A stretch of DNA of 38,895 nucleotides from a bacterium (GTDB lineage Bacteria; Patescibacteriota; Minisyncoccia; Moranbacterales; UBA1568): NCBI GenBank assembly GCA_021821305.1, contig JAKACP010000001.1:707526-746420 (forward strand), written 5' to 3'. This document shows, in pieces, positions 1 through 9,537 of the stretch; position 1 is the stretch's first letter, and every line of letters begins with the position of its first letter. The notes beneath the pieces were generated by a model. It searched no databases, was not told the origin of the DNA, and saw nothing but the letters and a program-made list of their open reading frames with translations. Both the position numbers and the translations under genes were made by a program.

Positions 1-1827
1 TTTTTCCTCGGCCGGAACCGCTTCGGGTTCTGCCGGAAGGGGGGCCGGCGGCGCCTTCACCTCCTCGGTCGGCTCGATTTTCGCATACGAAAGGAGGAAT
101 TTCATCACGTCGCCGAACACCGGCGCGGCCGATGATTCGGCCCAGATGACATCCTTCGGATTGTCTATCTTCGAAAGGACCACGAATTTCGGGTCGCCTA
201 CGGGAGCATATCCCACGAAGGAACCGATGGTCAAACCGTTGTCATATCCCTTCTCGCCCTCCTTCGCGACCTGCGCCGTCCCGGTCTTGCCGCCGACACG
301 GTATCCGGGAACCGCCGCGCGCTTGCCGTGTCCGTTGAGCACGACCCCTTCGAGCATCTCGCCCATGAGACGGGCGGTCTCCTCGCTCACGACCCGTCGT
401 TCCTCCCCTCCGGAAGCGACCACCTCGCGGCCATCCTCATACATATATCGGTCGATGATCCTCGGCTTCATGAGGACTCCGTCGTTCGCGAGCGCTCCGT
501 ACGCGGCGGCGAGCTGTATCGGCGTCGCCGTCAGCCCCTGGCCGAACGACGCGGTGAAGAACTGGATATCCCCCCTCGTGTCGGAAAGGTTCCTCATGTT
601 TCCGGCGAGCTCGGCCGGCAGTTCTATCCCCGTCTTCCGCCCGAAGCCGAACTGTTCGAGGTATTCGCCGAACCTCCGGTTACCGACGAGCTTCTCGACG
701 AATATCACGCCGGTATTGATCGACTCCTCGAGCACCTTGCGCATCGACGAGCGTCCGTAGCACTTCTCCTCGGCGTTCCTGATCGTATATCCCGCCTCGA
801 CGACGGCGCACGGATCCGTGAATTCGGTATCGGGCGAGACCTTGCCCTCCTCGATTCCGATCGCCATTGTGAGCGGCTTCATGATCGACCCCGGCTCATA
901 GGTCTGGCTGACCACCGGATTGAGGAAACGTGAGAAGTCCTCGGTCTTCGAATATTCGTTCGGATCGAACGTCGGCTCGGAAGCCATCGCGAGGACGTTC
1001 CCCGTTTTCGGTTCCATGACGACGATCGAACCGGAATCGGCACCGTGTTTCTCGACCGCCTCGCGGAGGATGCGTTCCACCTCATGCTGGATGACGCGGT
1101 CTATGGTCAGGATGATATCCGGCCCCTCTTCCGAAGGGTCCATTTCGCGATCGCTCGTGGAAATCCATCGCCCCGCCGCGTCGCGATCCTGTTTCACCCG
1201 TCCCGTTTTCCCCCGCAGCTCGGCATCGAGCGACGCTTCCAGGCCGTATTTCCCGACCTCGCCTCGTCCTCCGTCTCCCGTGCTCACGAAGCCGACCGTC
1301 TGCGCGGCGAGCACGCCCGCGGGATAGAAGCGGTATTTTTCGTTGAGAAAGTGGACGCCTTCGGCATCGAGCTCGCGGATACGGGAAGCCTCCTCTTCGG
1401 AGATCTTCTTCTTGATCACCTCGAAGGGATCGTTCTTGTCGGCGAATTTCGGAAGGATCTCCTCGAGCGGGATACCGGTGATACCCGAGAGCGCGGCGGC
1501 CGTACCGGGAACATCCTCGACGTCGCGAGGGACGACGTAGAGGAGCGGATATTCACGATTCACCGCGGCCGGATACGTCGTATTCCCCTCGCGGAAAAAT
1601 ATCTCCCCGCGATCGGGCAGGATCTCCGCGGAAACCGAATGTTGGTTCTCCGCCAGCGCGGCCCATCGCTCATGGCCGAACACCTGTATCATGGCGAGCC
1701 GTGCGACCGCGATAGCTCCGATCGCGAAGACAAAAAAGAGGAGCGTATTCGATCTCCCCGCCGAAAATGTGTCATTCCCGTCCGATGCGGAGCGGGGAGC
1801 CGATGGCGCTCTGTGTTTTCGTATCAT
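1..1827 (-). CDS. ftsI: Class B penicillin-binding protein (FtsI/PBP2-type transpeptidase), 3' end runs off the window
   Basis: Absent from the ORF track because there is no stop in the window. Read manually from ATG at 1827: N-terminal TM segment, YEPGSIMKP (SxxK) near 875-900, VGGKTGTAQV (KTG) near 270-300. Downstream of mraZ-rsmH-ftsL. Confidence 0.9.
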   Translation of the reverse strand, partial: MIRKHRAPSAPRSASDGNDTFSAGRSNTLLFFVFAIGAIAVARLAMIQVFGHERWAALAENQHSVSAEILPDRGEIFFREGNTTYPAAVNREYPLLYVVPRDVEDVPGTAAALSGITGIPLEEILPKFADKNDPFEVIKKKISEEEASRIRELDAEGVHFLNEKYRFYPAGVLAAQTVGFVSTGDGGRGEVGKYGLEASLDAELRGKTGRVKQDRDAAGRWISTSDREMDPSEEGPDIILTIDRVIQHEVERILREAVEKHGADSGSIVVMEPKTGNVLAMASEPTFDPNEYSKTEDFSRFLNPVVSQTYEPGSIMKPLTMAIGIEEGKVSPDTEFTDPCAVVEAGYTIRNAEEKCYGRSSMRKVLEESINTGVIFVEKLVGNRRFGEYLEQFGFGRKTGIELPAELAGNMRNLSDTRGDIQFFTASFGQGLTATPIQLAAAYGALANDGVLMKPRIIDRYMYEDGREVVASGGEERRVVSEETARLMGEMLEGVVLNGHGKRAAVPGYRVGGKTGTAQVAKEGEKGYDNGLTIGSFVGYAPVGDPKFVVLSKIDNPKDVIWAESSAAPVFGDVMKFLLSYAKIEPTEEVKAPPAPLPAEPEAVPAEEK

Positions 1828-1836
1828 AGGTGTCCG

Positions 1837-2181
1837 CTATCGGGCCGCCGCAAGCGACCCTCTTTCCTCGATGGTCCGGATCGTCCCGGTCGCGCTCATC
1901 TCGCGCGAGAGGGCCTCGGCCTCGATTCTCGCGAGCGAGAGGGCCTCGGCTTCCGAGAGCTTCAGTTTCCCGTTCTCCTTCTTCAGCTCCGCGATCTCCC
2001 GTTCGAGGGAACGCGTCTCGTATCCTTGGACCGCGCCGCGGTTGAGCGCATAGAGATACCCGGCACCGGCAAGAAAAAGCGCGAACAAGGCGAACAGCAC
2101 CGCCGGATGCACCGAACCGGCGAAAGAAATTCCCTGGGCGCGGTCACGTCGCCGCCGAAAAATACGGTAATCCCTTGTCAT
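1837..2181 (-). CDS. ftsL: FtsL-like cell division protein (single TM helix plus coiled coil)
   Basis: C-terminal 114 aa of ORF 1837..2730 (MTRDY... start). Hydrophobic helix followed by GYETRSLEREIAELKKENGKLKL heptads. Canonical position between rsmH and ftsI. Confidence 0.7.
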   Translation of the reverse strand: MTRDYRIFRRRRDRAQGISFAGSVHPAVLFALFALFLAGAGYLYALNRGAVQGYETRSLEREIAELKKENGKLKLSEAEALSLARIEAEALSREMSATGTIRTIEERGSLAAAR

Positions 2182-2215
2182 ACGCTTGCCCCCTGATTGT
2201 TTTTTTATTTTTACC

Positions 2216-2250
2216 GCCTTGCCCCTTGCTTCTTGTCCCTTGTCACTTAC
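2216..2250. repeat. Degenerate heptamer tandem repeat (5 units) between rsmH and ftsL
   Basis: GCCTTGC CCCTTGC TTCTTGT CCCTTGT CACTTAC. Confidence 0.6.
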
Positions 2251-3209
2251 AGTTTCTCCGCTCCGCGAAGCTTCGCGCTCCGCGACCTCGGATTCCGATC
2301 GATCTCCTCGTCGCTCGGCCGTACGAATCGGGGCGAGAGCAACCTGAGCTCCGGCTTCCGTCCGCATCGGCATTCCGGAAACGCCGGAGGACACACGCAC
2401 CCTTTGGCCATTTCCGCGAACACCTTCTTCACGAGCGCATCCTCCCCCGAATGGAACGTGATCACCGCGATCCGCCCCCCGGGAGCGAGCATCGGCACCG
2501 CCGAACGGAGAAACCGTTCGATGACCCCGAGTTCGTCGTTCGTCTCCATCCGGATACCCTGGAACGTCCTCGTCGCCGGATGCAGCTTCATGCGCCGCGT
2601 CTCCACCGCCGAAAATGCGCCCTTCACGCACTCCGCGAGATCCGCCGTCCGCTCGAACACTTGTTCCTGACGTCGGGCGACGATCGCTCGGGCGATCTTT
2701 TTCGCCTTCGGCTCGCCGCCGTAGCGCCACAGTATCCGGACGAGGTCCGCCTCGTCGTATCCGTTCACGATATCGGCCGCGGTCTTCCCTCCGCTTCGAT
2801 CGAGCCGCATATCGAGCGGTCCGTCCGCAAGAAAGGAGAATCCCCGTTCGGGAGCATCCACCTGATCGGAGGAGAACCCGAAGTCGGCCAGTATCGCATC
2901 GACACCTTCATACCCGAGAGCATGGAGCGTTTCCCCGATACGGGAAAAATTTTCCCGCACGGCGACCAGCCGTTTCCCTTCGATCGCTTTCCGGAGAACC
3001 TCATCGGTTTCCGCCGACCGGAGAAAACGCTCCACCGCCTCGCCATCCGCATCGACCGCGACAACCCTCCCACCGGGGAGCACCGAAGAGAGCAATGCCC
3101 TCGTGTGCCCGCCGCCTCCGAGTGTCGCGTCGACCGCCACTGCGCCCTTGTGAAGGTTCAGCATCGCTACCGCCTCATCGAGCAGGACCGGAATGTGTCT
3201 CGTAGCCAT
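2247..3209 (-). CDS. rsmH: 16S rRNA m4C1402 methyltransferase RsmH (MraW)
   Basis: HIPVLLDE, DATLGGGGH, DFGFSSDQVD, RGFSF, GPLDMR, HPATRTFQGIR, ITFHSGED, NPRSRSAKLR. Confidence 0.97.
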   Translation of the reverse strand: MATRHIPVLLDEAVAMLNLHKGAVAVDATLGGGGHTRALLSSVLPGGRVVAVDADGEAVERFLRSAETDEVLRKAIEGKRLVAVRENFSRIGETLHALGYEGVDAILADFGFSSDQVDAPERGFSFLADGPLDMRLDRSGGKTAADIVNGYDEADLVRILWRYGGEPKAKKIARAIVARRQEQVFERTADLAECVKGAFSAVETRRMKLHPATRTFQGIRMETNDELGVIERFLRSAVPMLAPGGRIAVITFHSGEDALVKKVFAEMAKGCVCPPAFPECRCGRKPELRLLSPRFVRPSDEEIDRNPRSRSAKLRGAEKL

Positions 3210-3293
3210 ACAACCCAGGAATCAACAATGAAATCACTTTCTGCCTCCGTTTTCATTTTTGATTTCTGTTCTGCATCCGATCCGACGGAATCG

Positions 3294-3728
3294 CTAGTAC
3301 ACTCCGAGCTTCCCGAGTTCTTCCGCGATCTTGCCGGTGTTCTTTTCCGCGCCCGCCTTGTACGCCTTCCACTTCTCCTCACCCCAGATCTCGAGCCGAT
3401 TGTAGAGCCCGACGACGACGACGTTCTTGCGGAGACCGGCGTAATCCTTGAGGTAGTCGGGGATGAGGACGCGGCCCTGGCCGTCGAGCTCGACATCCGT
3501 CGCGCCCGCGAGCATGAGCCGGGTGAAACTGCGCGTCGACGATTCGCCGATCGGCAGACTGCCCAGTTTTTCGGCGAGCGTCTCCCACACCTTCATCGGA
3601 TAGACGAAGAGCGACGCATCGAGTCCGCGCGTCACGACGACGCGGCTGCCGAGTTCACTCCGGAATTTCGAAGGAAGCGCGACGCGCCGTTTCGGATCGA
3701 TGGAATGTGAGTACTCGCCGATAAACAT
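3294..3728 (-). CDS. mraZ: Division/cell wall cluster transcriptional repressor MraZ
   Basis: MFIGEYSHSIDPKRRVALPSKFR, DGQGRVLIP, VGLYNRLEIW. Start set at MFIGEY. Confidence 0.97.
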   Translation of the reverse strand: MFIGEYSHSIDPKRRVALPSKFRSELGSRVVVTRGLDASLFVYPMKVWETLAEKLGSLPIGESSTRSFTRLMLAGATDVELDGQGRVLIPDYLKDYAGLRKNVVVVGLYNRLEIWGEEKWKAYKAGAEKNTGKIAEELGKLGVY

Positions 3729-3735
3729 AGTTTCA

Positions 3736-3798
3736 CCACATTTCCCCACTTCTTAGTTCTTCCTCGACATTTTACGCCACTTCTCCTCTCCCTGTCAA
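3736..3798 (-). promoter_or_regulatory. mraZ promoter with MraZ-type GTGG direct repeats
   Basis: TTGACA (3798-3793), 18 nt, TAAAAT (3774-3769). GTGG/GTCG boxes at 3780, 3768, 3749 and 3739, the last two 10 nt apart, consistent with MraZ autoregulatory repeats. Confidence 0.65.
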
Positions 3799-3984
3799 CA
3801 CAAACGAAAAAAGGCTTGGAAAGCCTTTTTTTATAGGAGAAATGAGGGCTACGGGGAGGGAAAAGACCTTTTCCGCAAAAAATCGAAAAAGGCTGTCTGA
3901 AAGAAGCTTTCCCGAGGGGCACTGTATTAACAAGGATACGGACAAATATCATGCGATACCCCTCTTTCTTTCATCCCTCTACAT

Positions 3985-4641
3985 GTGCGTATGTCCTACG
4001 AAGGATTTCTCAGATATTCGGGAGGCGCGTACATAGCCGTCGGGCTCGGTCTTCTGCTGTTTCCGAAGGAATGGTTCCCCTCCTTTTACGATCCCGTGTT
4101 CATGGGATCGGTCGCCCTCGCTTCGCCTTTCCTCGTATACCTGCCGAAGATGTCCGTGAATGCCGACACGCCGGAGAAAAAACGTACCGTCATGAAAATA
4201 CGCGCCATGATAATGGCCTCGCTCATCATGGGCGGAATCGGCGAACTCGGACTCTACCAGCTGTATCGGATCGGGTTCGAATATGACAAGCTCGCCCACT
4301 TCACGATCTCGATGCTCCTGACGTTCATGTGCGTGGAAAGCCTCATGGCATGGAAACACTCCTCCTTCCGGAAGCTTCTCTGGTTGGTCGCTCCGTCCGT
4401 TCTGATCGCGGGAATCCTCTGGGAGGGATTGGAAGCCGCCTCGGATACGGTTTTCGGAACGGAGGTATGGGGCATCTACGGAAGTTTCATCGCCCGCGAC
4501 ACCCTGTGGGACATCTATTTCAACACGTTCGGAATACTCGCCGGCATGATCGCTCTTCTCACGCGGCATCCCCGAGCGCCGCGCGAGAACCGAAGCTTCA
4601 TCCGACACGTGACACGATACCGGGGCGCCTGCTCACGGTAG
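3985..4641 (+). CDS. Integral membrane protein (YjdF/DUF2238/VanZ-like)
   Basis: Several TM helices. YDKLAHF, ILWEGLE and DTLWDIYFN motifs are typical of this membrane superfamily. Start may be 3991. Confidence 0.65.
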   Translation: MRMSYEGFLRYSGGAYIAVGLGLLLFPKEWFPSFYDPVFMGSVALASPFLVYLPKMSVNADTPEKKRTVMKIRAMIMASLIMGGIGELGLYQLYRIGFEYDKLAHFTISMLLTFMCVESLMAWKHSSFRKLLWLVAPSVLIAGILWEGLEAASDTVFGTEVWGIYGSFIARDTLWDIYFNTFGILAGMIALLTRHPRAPRENRSFIRHVTRYRGACSR

Positions 4642-4677
4642 CGTGATATACTGAAAAAAAATAATTAAGGAAACCAT

Positions 4678-6513
4678 ATGCGGCGCATCTCGATCGTCTC
4701 GGGGTTTTTCATTTCGTTGATTTTTTCCATCCATCCGTCCATGGCGGCGTACGCGGCTCCGGGCATCGTCATACACGAGGTACGGACGGAAGGAGCGGGC
4801 GGTGCGAAAGACGAGTTCATACGCCTCCTCAACGATGGGGACGGTGATCCCATCAGCCTCTCCGGTTTCAAGTTGACCAAAAAAACGGTCTCCGGCGGGA
4901 CATGCAAGGAACAGTCCCTCGTCAGCGCGGCTCATTTCGACGGCAGTATCGCGGCGAAAGGAACGTTCCTCATCTCTCATCCCGGATACAAGGATGCGTA
5001 TCACGCCGATCTCGACTATTCGAGCTCGTCTTACTACCTCACGGATGACACGGTTATCCTTCTCTATGACGCGGACGGGAATCTTCTGGACAGGAAGGAG
5101 ATCGGCGACGCGTGCGACATCGTGGAAACCGTTCCCGACACGGATCCCGCGCCCGGACCGGATCCGATACCGGAATCGGGCGATATCGCCGTCCGTATCA
5201 ATGAGCTCTTCCCGAATCCCAAGGAAGGCGGCGAAAAAGGAGAGTTCATCGAACTCCGCAACCTCGGGGACGCGGCCGCGGATATTTCCGGATTCGTTCT
5301 CCGCGATGCCTCCAAGAGCGGCAAGTACGTCCTCCCGGCAGGGAGCGTCATCGCCGCGAACGGCTACCTCGCCGTCTCCCGCGCCGAGAGCGGTCTTTCC
5401 CTCAACAATACCGACGAGACCGTCTCCCTCTTCGATCCGTCCGGAAACCCTGTCGACTCGGCGTCCTACGGAACGACCAAGGAAGAAGCGTCGTACAGCC
5501 ACGACGGATCGTCGTTCCGATGGAGCCGCTACCTCACCCCCGGAGCGGTGAACCGGTTCGGTGACGCTCCCTCGGGCACGAAGACCGATATCCCGAAAAG
5601 GGCTTACAAGGATGTCCCGACGACTTTTTCCGCATCGGGACCGGATGACCGGAAATATTTCTGGGACTTCGGCGATGGCGGCACGAGCCGCAAGCAGGAG
5701 GCCACGCATACCTATGAGGAGAGCGGCGAATATGCGGGCACGCTCACGATAAGCGAAGGCATCGAGGAGACCGTGAAGGCGTTCACGGTGGACGTCGAAA
5801 AATTCCCCAAGCGCAAGGTATCGATCGCGGCCGTCTCGGCGAATCCGACCGGCGACGATGCCGAGTCGGAATGGATCTCGCTTCGAAACAAGAGCAAGAA
5901 GAAGATCGACCTCCTCGGATGGAGTATCGCGACCGGGTCGAGCAGAAAAAAAGTCTCCGATCATCCGATCCGGGAGTCGTTCGTCCTCAAGCCGGGCGAA
6001 GAGCGTGCCATCACGCGGGAAGTCGCGGCTTTCTCGCTTCCGAACAAAGAGGGCTACGTCGAACTCCGACAGCCGGACGGAAAAGTCCTCACGAAGACAT
6101 CGTATGCGAAAAAAGGCGGAGTCAAGGAAAACGAGGTCTGGCGGAAACAAGACGGCGGAGCATGGACATGGGGATGGGAGAGGTCTCCCGATGTTCCCGA
6201 TATCGAACCGGCGGCGGAACCGGACGAGCGCGAGGCGGAAGAATCCGGACCGGTCGCCCCGCCTTCCCCCGGGCCGGAGACGCCCCGGACGGTCACGCTC
6301 GATGATCTCTCCCCCGAGGACCTCGCACGCCTCGAGGCGCAGGCCGAAGAAAAAGTGAGGCGGCGGATCTTCGCCGAACTACTCGAGCGCGAGACCGCAC
6401 CTGTAGCGGAAGAAGGAGTGGTGCTTGGAGCATCCGACGAGCGCGACGGATACTCCGGAACGATATTCCGGACGATCAATCAGGCCTTGAGCGGAATGCT
6501 CTCGGATAAGTAA
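4678..6513 (+). CDS. Secreted/surface lamin-tail-domain protein with PKD domain
   Basis: Signal peptide. LTD motifs IHEV..EFIRLLN, INELFPNP..EFIELRN, ANPTGDD..EWISLRN. PKD motif YFWDFGDG..ATHTY. Confidence 0.85.
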   Translation: MRRISIVSGFFISLIFSIHPSMAAYAAPGIVIHEVRTEGAGGAKDEFIRLLNDGDGDPISLSGFKLTKKTVSGGTCKEQSLVSAAHFDGSIAAKGTFLISHPGYKDAYHADLDYSSSSYYLTDDTVILLYDADGNLLDRKEIGDACDIVETVPDTDPAPGPDPIPESGDIAVRINELFPNPKEGGEKGEFIELRNLGDAAADISGFVLRDASKSGKYVLPAGSVIAANGYLAVSRAESGLSLNNTDETVSLFDPSGNPVDSASYGTTKEEASYSHDGSSFRWSRYLTPGAVNRFGDAPSGTKTDIPKRAYKDVPTTFSASGPDDRKYFWDFGDGGTSRKQEATHTYEESGEYAGTLTISEGIEETVKAFTVDVEKFPKRKVSIAAVSANPTGDDAESEWISLRNKSKKKIDLLGWSIATGSSRKKVSDHPIRESFVLKPGEERAITREVAAFSLPNKEGYVELRQPDGKVLTKTSYAKKGGVKENEVWRKQDGGAWTWGWERSPDVPDIEPAAEPDEREAEESGPVAPPSPGPETPRTVTLDDLSPEDLARLEAQAEEKVRRRIFAELLERETAPVAEEGVVLGASDERDGYSGTIFRTINQALSGMLSDK

Positions 6514-6518
6514 CAAAG

Positions 6519-6552
6519 AAAAAACGCCCCGGCATGAATGCCGAGGCGTTTT
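6519..6552. terminator. Bidirectional intrinsic terminator
   Basis: AAAAAACGCCCCGGCAT-GA-ATGCCGAGGCGTTTT between convergent genes. Confidence 0.8.
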
Positions 6553-6570
6553 CGCTAAGCCGGTGAAAGC

Positions 6571-6768
6571 TTAGGCGCGGGACACACCCGTCGCTGCCGG
6601 GCCCTTCTCGCCCTGGACGACTTCGAAGGTGACGGTATCGCCGACCTTGAGCTCATCGAACAGCACACCGACCAACTCCTTGGAGTGGAAGAAAAGGTCC
6701 TTCTCCTGTCCTTCGACGGAGATGAAACCGAATCCGCGATCCGTGAGGGTCTTGATTGTTCCTGTCAT
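6571..6768 (-). CDS. cspA: Cold-shock domain protein
   Basis: RGFGFI (RNP1), DLFFH (RNP2), GEKGPAATGV; 65 aa. Confidence 0.95.
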   Translation of the reverse strand: MTGTIKTLTDRGFGFISVEGQEKDLFFHSKELVGVLFDELKVGDTVTFEVVQGEKGPAATGVSRA

Positions 6769-6933
6769 AGGTTCAATTTAGGATTGTTTACGCTAAGACG
6801 CTAAGAAACTCGACTCTGTTTCCGTGCCTCATGCACGTTCAAAGTATAGCGTAAAAGCGCAGTCTTGTCAATGATACCCGAAATGAGGCCGATAAAAGCC
6901 ACGGCTTCGGTCGCGCCGGAAACGGCCATAGGA

Positions 6934-6991
6934 TTGACAATCCTCCCGAAGCCGGGCTATGCTCTCCCCTACTTGTTCATTACAATGGAGG
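6934..6991 (+). promoter_or_regulatory. sigma70 promoter, boxA-like motif and SD upstream of tmk
   Basis: TTGACA 6934-6939, 18 nt, TATGCT 6958-6963, GTTCATTACAA 6975-6985, GGAGG 6987-6991. Confidence 0.65.
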
Positions 6992-6998
6992 AAACATC

Positions 6999-7691
6999 AT
7001 GAAAACGAGACTCACCCCATTCATCGCGATCGAAGGCATGGACGGCTCCGGAAAATCGACGCTTGTCCGTCGGCTTCAGGAACGGCTCTCGCTCATGTCG
7101 GATCACCGCTACGTCTTCACCCGCGAACCGGGAGGAACGCCGGCCGGAGAAGCTATCCGGAACATCCTGCTCGACGGGAATCTCTCCGGAAACGCGAGCG
7201 GCAAGACGCAGCTGCTCGGTTTTTTCTACGCTCGCTCGCATCACCTGGAAATGATCGGGGGAAAACGGAAAGCAGGATTCACCGTCATTTCCGACCGTTT
7301 CGACGGAAGTACGTTCGCCTATCAGGTACACGCGCAGACCGCCGACGGCAACGAGCGCGAGGAGCTCGACGACCTGTTTTGGACACTCCGGAACAACATC
7401 GTGTACGGCGAGAACGCACCGACACTCTATCTCTATCTCGACCTTCCGCCAAAAACCGCGTACGCCCGCAGGGATGCCGACTCGTCGCAGGCGAAGAATC
7501 ACTACGACACGATGCCGCTCGCTTTCTACGAGCGACAGCATGCCGGGTACGATGACTTCCTTTCGGAAATCGAGCGCCACGGCGGATCGGAGGTCGCACG
7601 GATCGACGCCTCGCAATCCCCCGACGAGGTCTTCGAAGACGCCTTCCAGGCCATCCTCGAACACATCCGGTCACGCTTGATTCTTCCATGA
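6999..7691 (+). CDS. tmk: Thymidylate kinase
   Basis: FIAIEGMDGSGKST P-loop, FTREPGGT, VISDRFDGSTFAYQ, RIDASQSPDEV. Confidence 0.93.
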   Translation: MKTRLTPFIAIEGMDGSGKSTLVRRLQERLSLMSDHRYVFTREPGGTPAGEAIRNILLDGNLSGNASGKTQLLGFFYARSHHLEMIGGKRKAGFTVISDRFDGSTFAYQVHAQTADGNEREELDDLFWTLRNNIVYGENAPTLYLYLDLPPKTAYARRDADSSQAKNHYDTMPLAFYERQHAGYDDFLSEIERHGGSEVARIDASQSPDEVFEDAFQAILEHIRSRLILP

Positions 7692-7697
7692 AAGCCG

Positions 7698-7731
7698 CCG
7701 CTCCCTGCAAACGCACGGAGCGGTTTTTTTT
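7698..7731 (+). terminator. Intrinsic terminator of tmk
   Basis: CCGCTCC...GGAGCGG followed by T8. Confidence 0.75.
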
Positions 7732-7748
7732 GTTTGCCCGGGAAAAGT

Positions 7749-7777
7749 AAAACGCCGCACAATTTCTTGTGCGGCGT
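7749..7777 (-). terminator. Intrinsic terminator of the 7811-8101 gene
   Basis: ACGCCGCACAA/TTGTGCGGCGT stem with an A tract on the left. Confidence 0.7.
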
Positions 7778-7810
7778 CGTCGTTCCGCGGGACGTACCCG
7801 CGCCGGCCGA

Positions 7811-8101
7811 TCAGGCGGGAATCAACTCGTCGAGGAGTCGCCGGCAGGCCCTGGCTTCGGACATGGTCATCGCGGTCGTCGCATCGTAATTGCGGGTATC
7901 GCCCATCAGGATCATCGTCTTGTCTTCCTTGATGGCCAAAAAGGGTGACTTGAGCACCTGACCGCCGATTTTCCCATGGATCGCGTACATCTTGAATCCC
8001 TTGGTGGGAATGACCTGTGGAGATCCGGCGATCTTCACCGTCTTCGGCATCTCGTTTAATGCCATGGCTTCGATACGGAGTGTATCCGACTTCTTATTCA
8101 T
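7811..8101 (-). CDS. Hypothetical protein, 96 aa
   Basis: Has its own promoter (TTGACA-17-TAGAGT, 8207-8179), GGAGG SD and terminator. No family recognised. Confidence 0.7.
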   Translation of the reverse strand: MNKKSDTLRIEAMALNEMPKTVKIAGSPQVIPTKGFKMYAIHGKIGGQVLKSPFLAIKEDKTMILMGDTRNYDATTAMTMSEARACRRLLDELIPA

Positions 8102-8203
8102 CAGTATTGCCTCCTGTAAAAAAGAACGAATCCCGTCGCCGCATGACGATGGGGCCAGTCGATTGACTGACGAAGGATACTCTACGATATATCGCGTACC
8201 CTG

Positions 8204-8974
8204 TCAACGCTGGAGTTTTCCCCGCTCCTGCGCTCCGACCGCGGCCACGTAGGCGCAGTAGTCGCACTCGGGCGAGGCTTCGGGGATATCCTCTCCGCGC
8301 AGACACGCGTGTGCGTCGCCGAGCGCGCCTTCGACCCACGCGGCATCGCCCTCGTACGGGATGAGCGTCACGTCGAACTCGAGCCTGCCGTCGAACGCCT
8401 CGCGGTCGGTCCGACCGTTGCAGTAGACGAAGTACCCGGTATCCGAGACGGGATAGCCGTTGTGCCGGAGGAGCCACTGGTAGACCTCCATCTGCCGCTT
8501 GTATCCGATCTGCCAGGCCTTGTCGAGCGCGGTGATGTCTCCCGCCTTGGACGTGGCCTTGTAGTCGACGACGATATACTCCCCGTTCGAGCTCTGCCAG
8601 AGATCGTCGATCGCGCCGTACACCAGGAAATTCGTCGGCTCGTGGAGATACCGCACGCCGGTGAAATTGTGCCGCCACTGTTCGAGGTCCTTGTGCGGGA
8701 CCGGCCGCGCGTCCACGCCGTACCGCTCGATGAGCGGATGCGCCCCGCCGTTCGCACGGTAGATGTCGAACTCCTGCTTGAGGAGGTGGTCGACGGCCGA
8801 GTTGAGCGCGAACGGAAACCCGGGCGGCCGCCCCACGCCGAGCCGGCGGTCGAGATAGAAGCACCGCGGACAGTTGAGAAACAGATCGAGCTTGGAACGC
8901 GACAGCTTGAACGGTTCGGCCGAAGCCGGATCGTAGAGCCCTCTCACCCGTTGCGCGGTATGGTATTCGGACAT
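8204..8974 (-). CDS. PD-(D/E)XK nuclease, Cas4/RecB-like with putative Fe-S cysteines
   Basis: LSRSKLDLFLNCPRCFY, GAIDD, VVDYKAT, RQMEVY (QxxxY), C-terminal CDYC. Confidence 0.85.
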   Translation of the reverse strand: MSEYHTAQRVRGLYDPASAEPFKLSRSKLDLFLNCPRCFYLDRRLGVGRPPGFPFALNSAVDHLLKQEFDIYRANGGAHPLIERYGVDARPVPHKDLEQWRHNFTGVRYLHEPTNFLVYGAIDDLWQSSNGEYIVVDYKATSKAGDITALDKAWQIGYKRQMEVYQWLLRHNGYPVSDTGYFVYCNGRTDREAFDGRLEFDVTLIPYEGDAAWVEGALGDAHACLRGEDIPEASPECDYCAYVAAVGAQERGKLQR

Positions 8975-8984
8975 AGGATCGAAG

Positions 8985-9473
8985 TTACAGGTAGAGCTTC
9001 CAGAGAAACACGAGGACCATGACGATGCCGAGGATCAGCTTGATCACCGTACCACCGAGGAATCCGAGCACGCTCCCCCATCCGGCGCGGAGCGACTGAT
9101 GCAGGTCCTTGCGGGCGAAGATCATCTCTCCTGCCGCCGCACCAAGGAAGACGCCGATCACGAGTCCGGGGATATTGAACGCGACCAGCCCCGCGATGCC
9201 GCCCACGACCGACCCCCCGACTCCCCACCCGGTCGATCCGAAACGCGACGCACCATAGGCGCTCGCGAGGAAATCGAAGATCATGGAAACGAGCGAGACG
9301 AGACCCAGGACGACGAGCGTCACGACACCGATCCCGTCCACGCCGAAGTAAAGCACGTGGACCAGTATGCCCGCGAAGATGAGCCCGACCCCGGGCAGAG
9401 CGGGTACGACCGTCCCCGCGAGCCCGACGAGGATGACCGCCCACACGACGACGCTGACGATGATGGATTCCAT
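8985..9473 (-). CDS. DUF456 (YqgC-like) membrane protein
   Basis: GLAGTVVPALPG, FDFLASAYGASRFGST..GG...GG, GVFLGAAAGE. Confidence 0.85.
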   Translation of the reverse strand: MESIIVSVVVWAVILVGLAGTVVPALPGVGLIFAGILVHVLYFGVDGIGVVTLVVLGLVSLVSMIFDFLASAYGASRFGSTGWGVGGSVVGGIAGLVAFNIPGLVIGVFLGAAAGEMIFARKDLHQSLRAGWGSVLGFLGGTVIKLILGIVMVLVFLWKLYL

Positions 9474-9537
9474 ATTACTTACAGTATACACCCACGACCG
9501 GGTAAAAAAAGACCGGCAACAGTGATGTCGCCGGTGT

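Noticed and set aside
2182-2730. N-terminal extension of ORF 1837..2730
   Set aside because: Overlaps rsmH in another frame and is low complexity. The FtsL-like protein starts at 2181.
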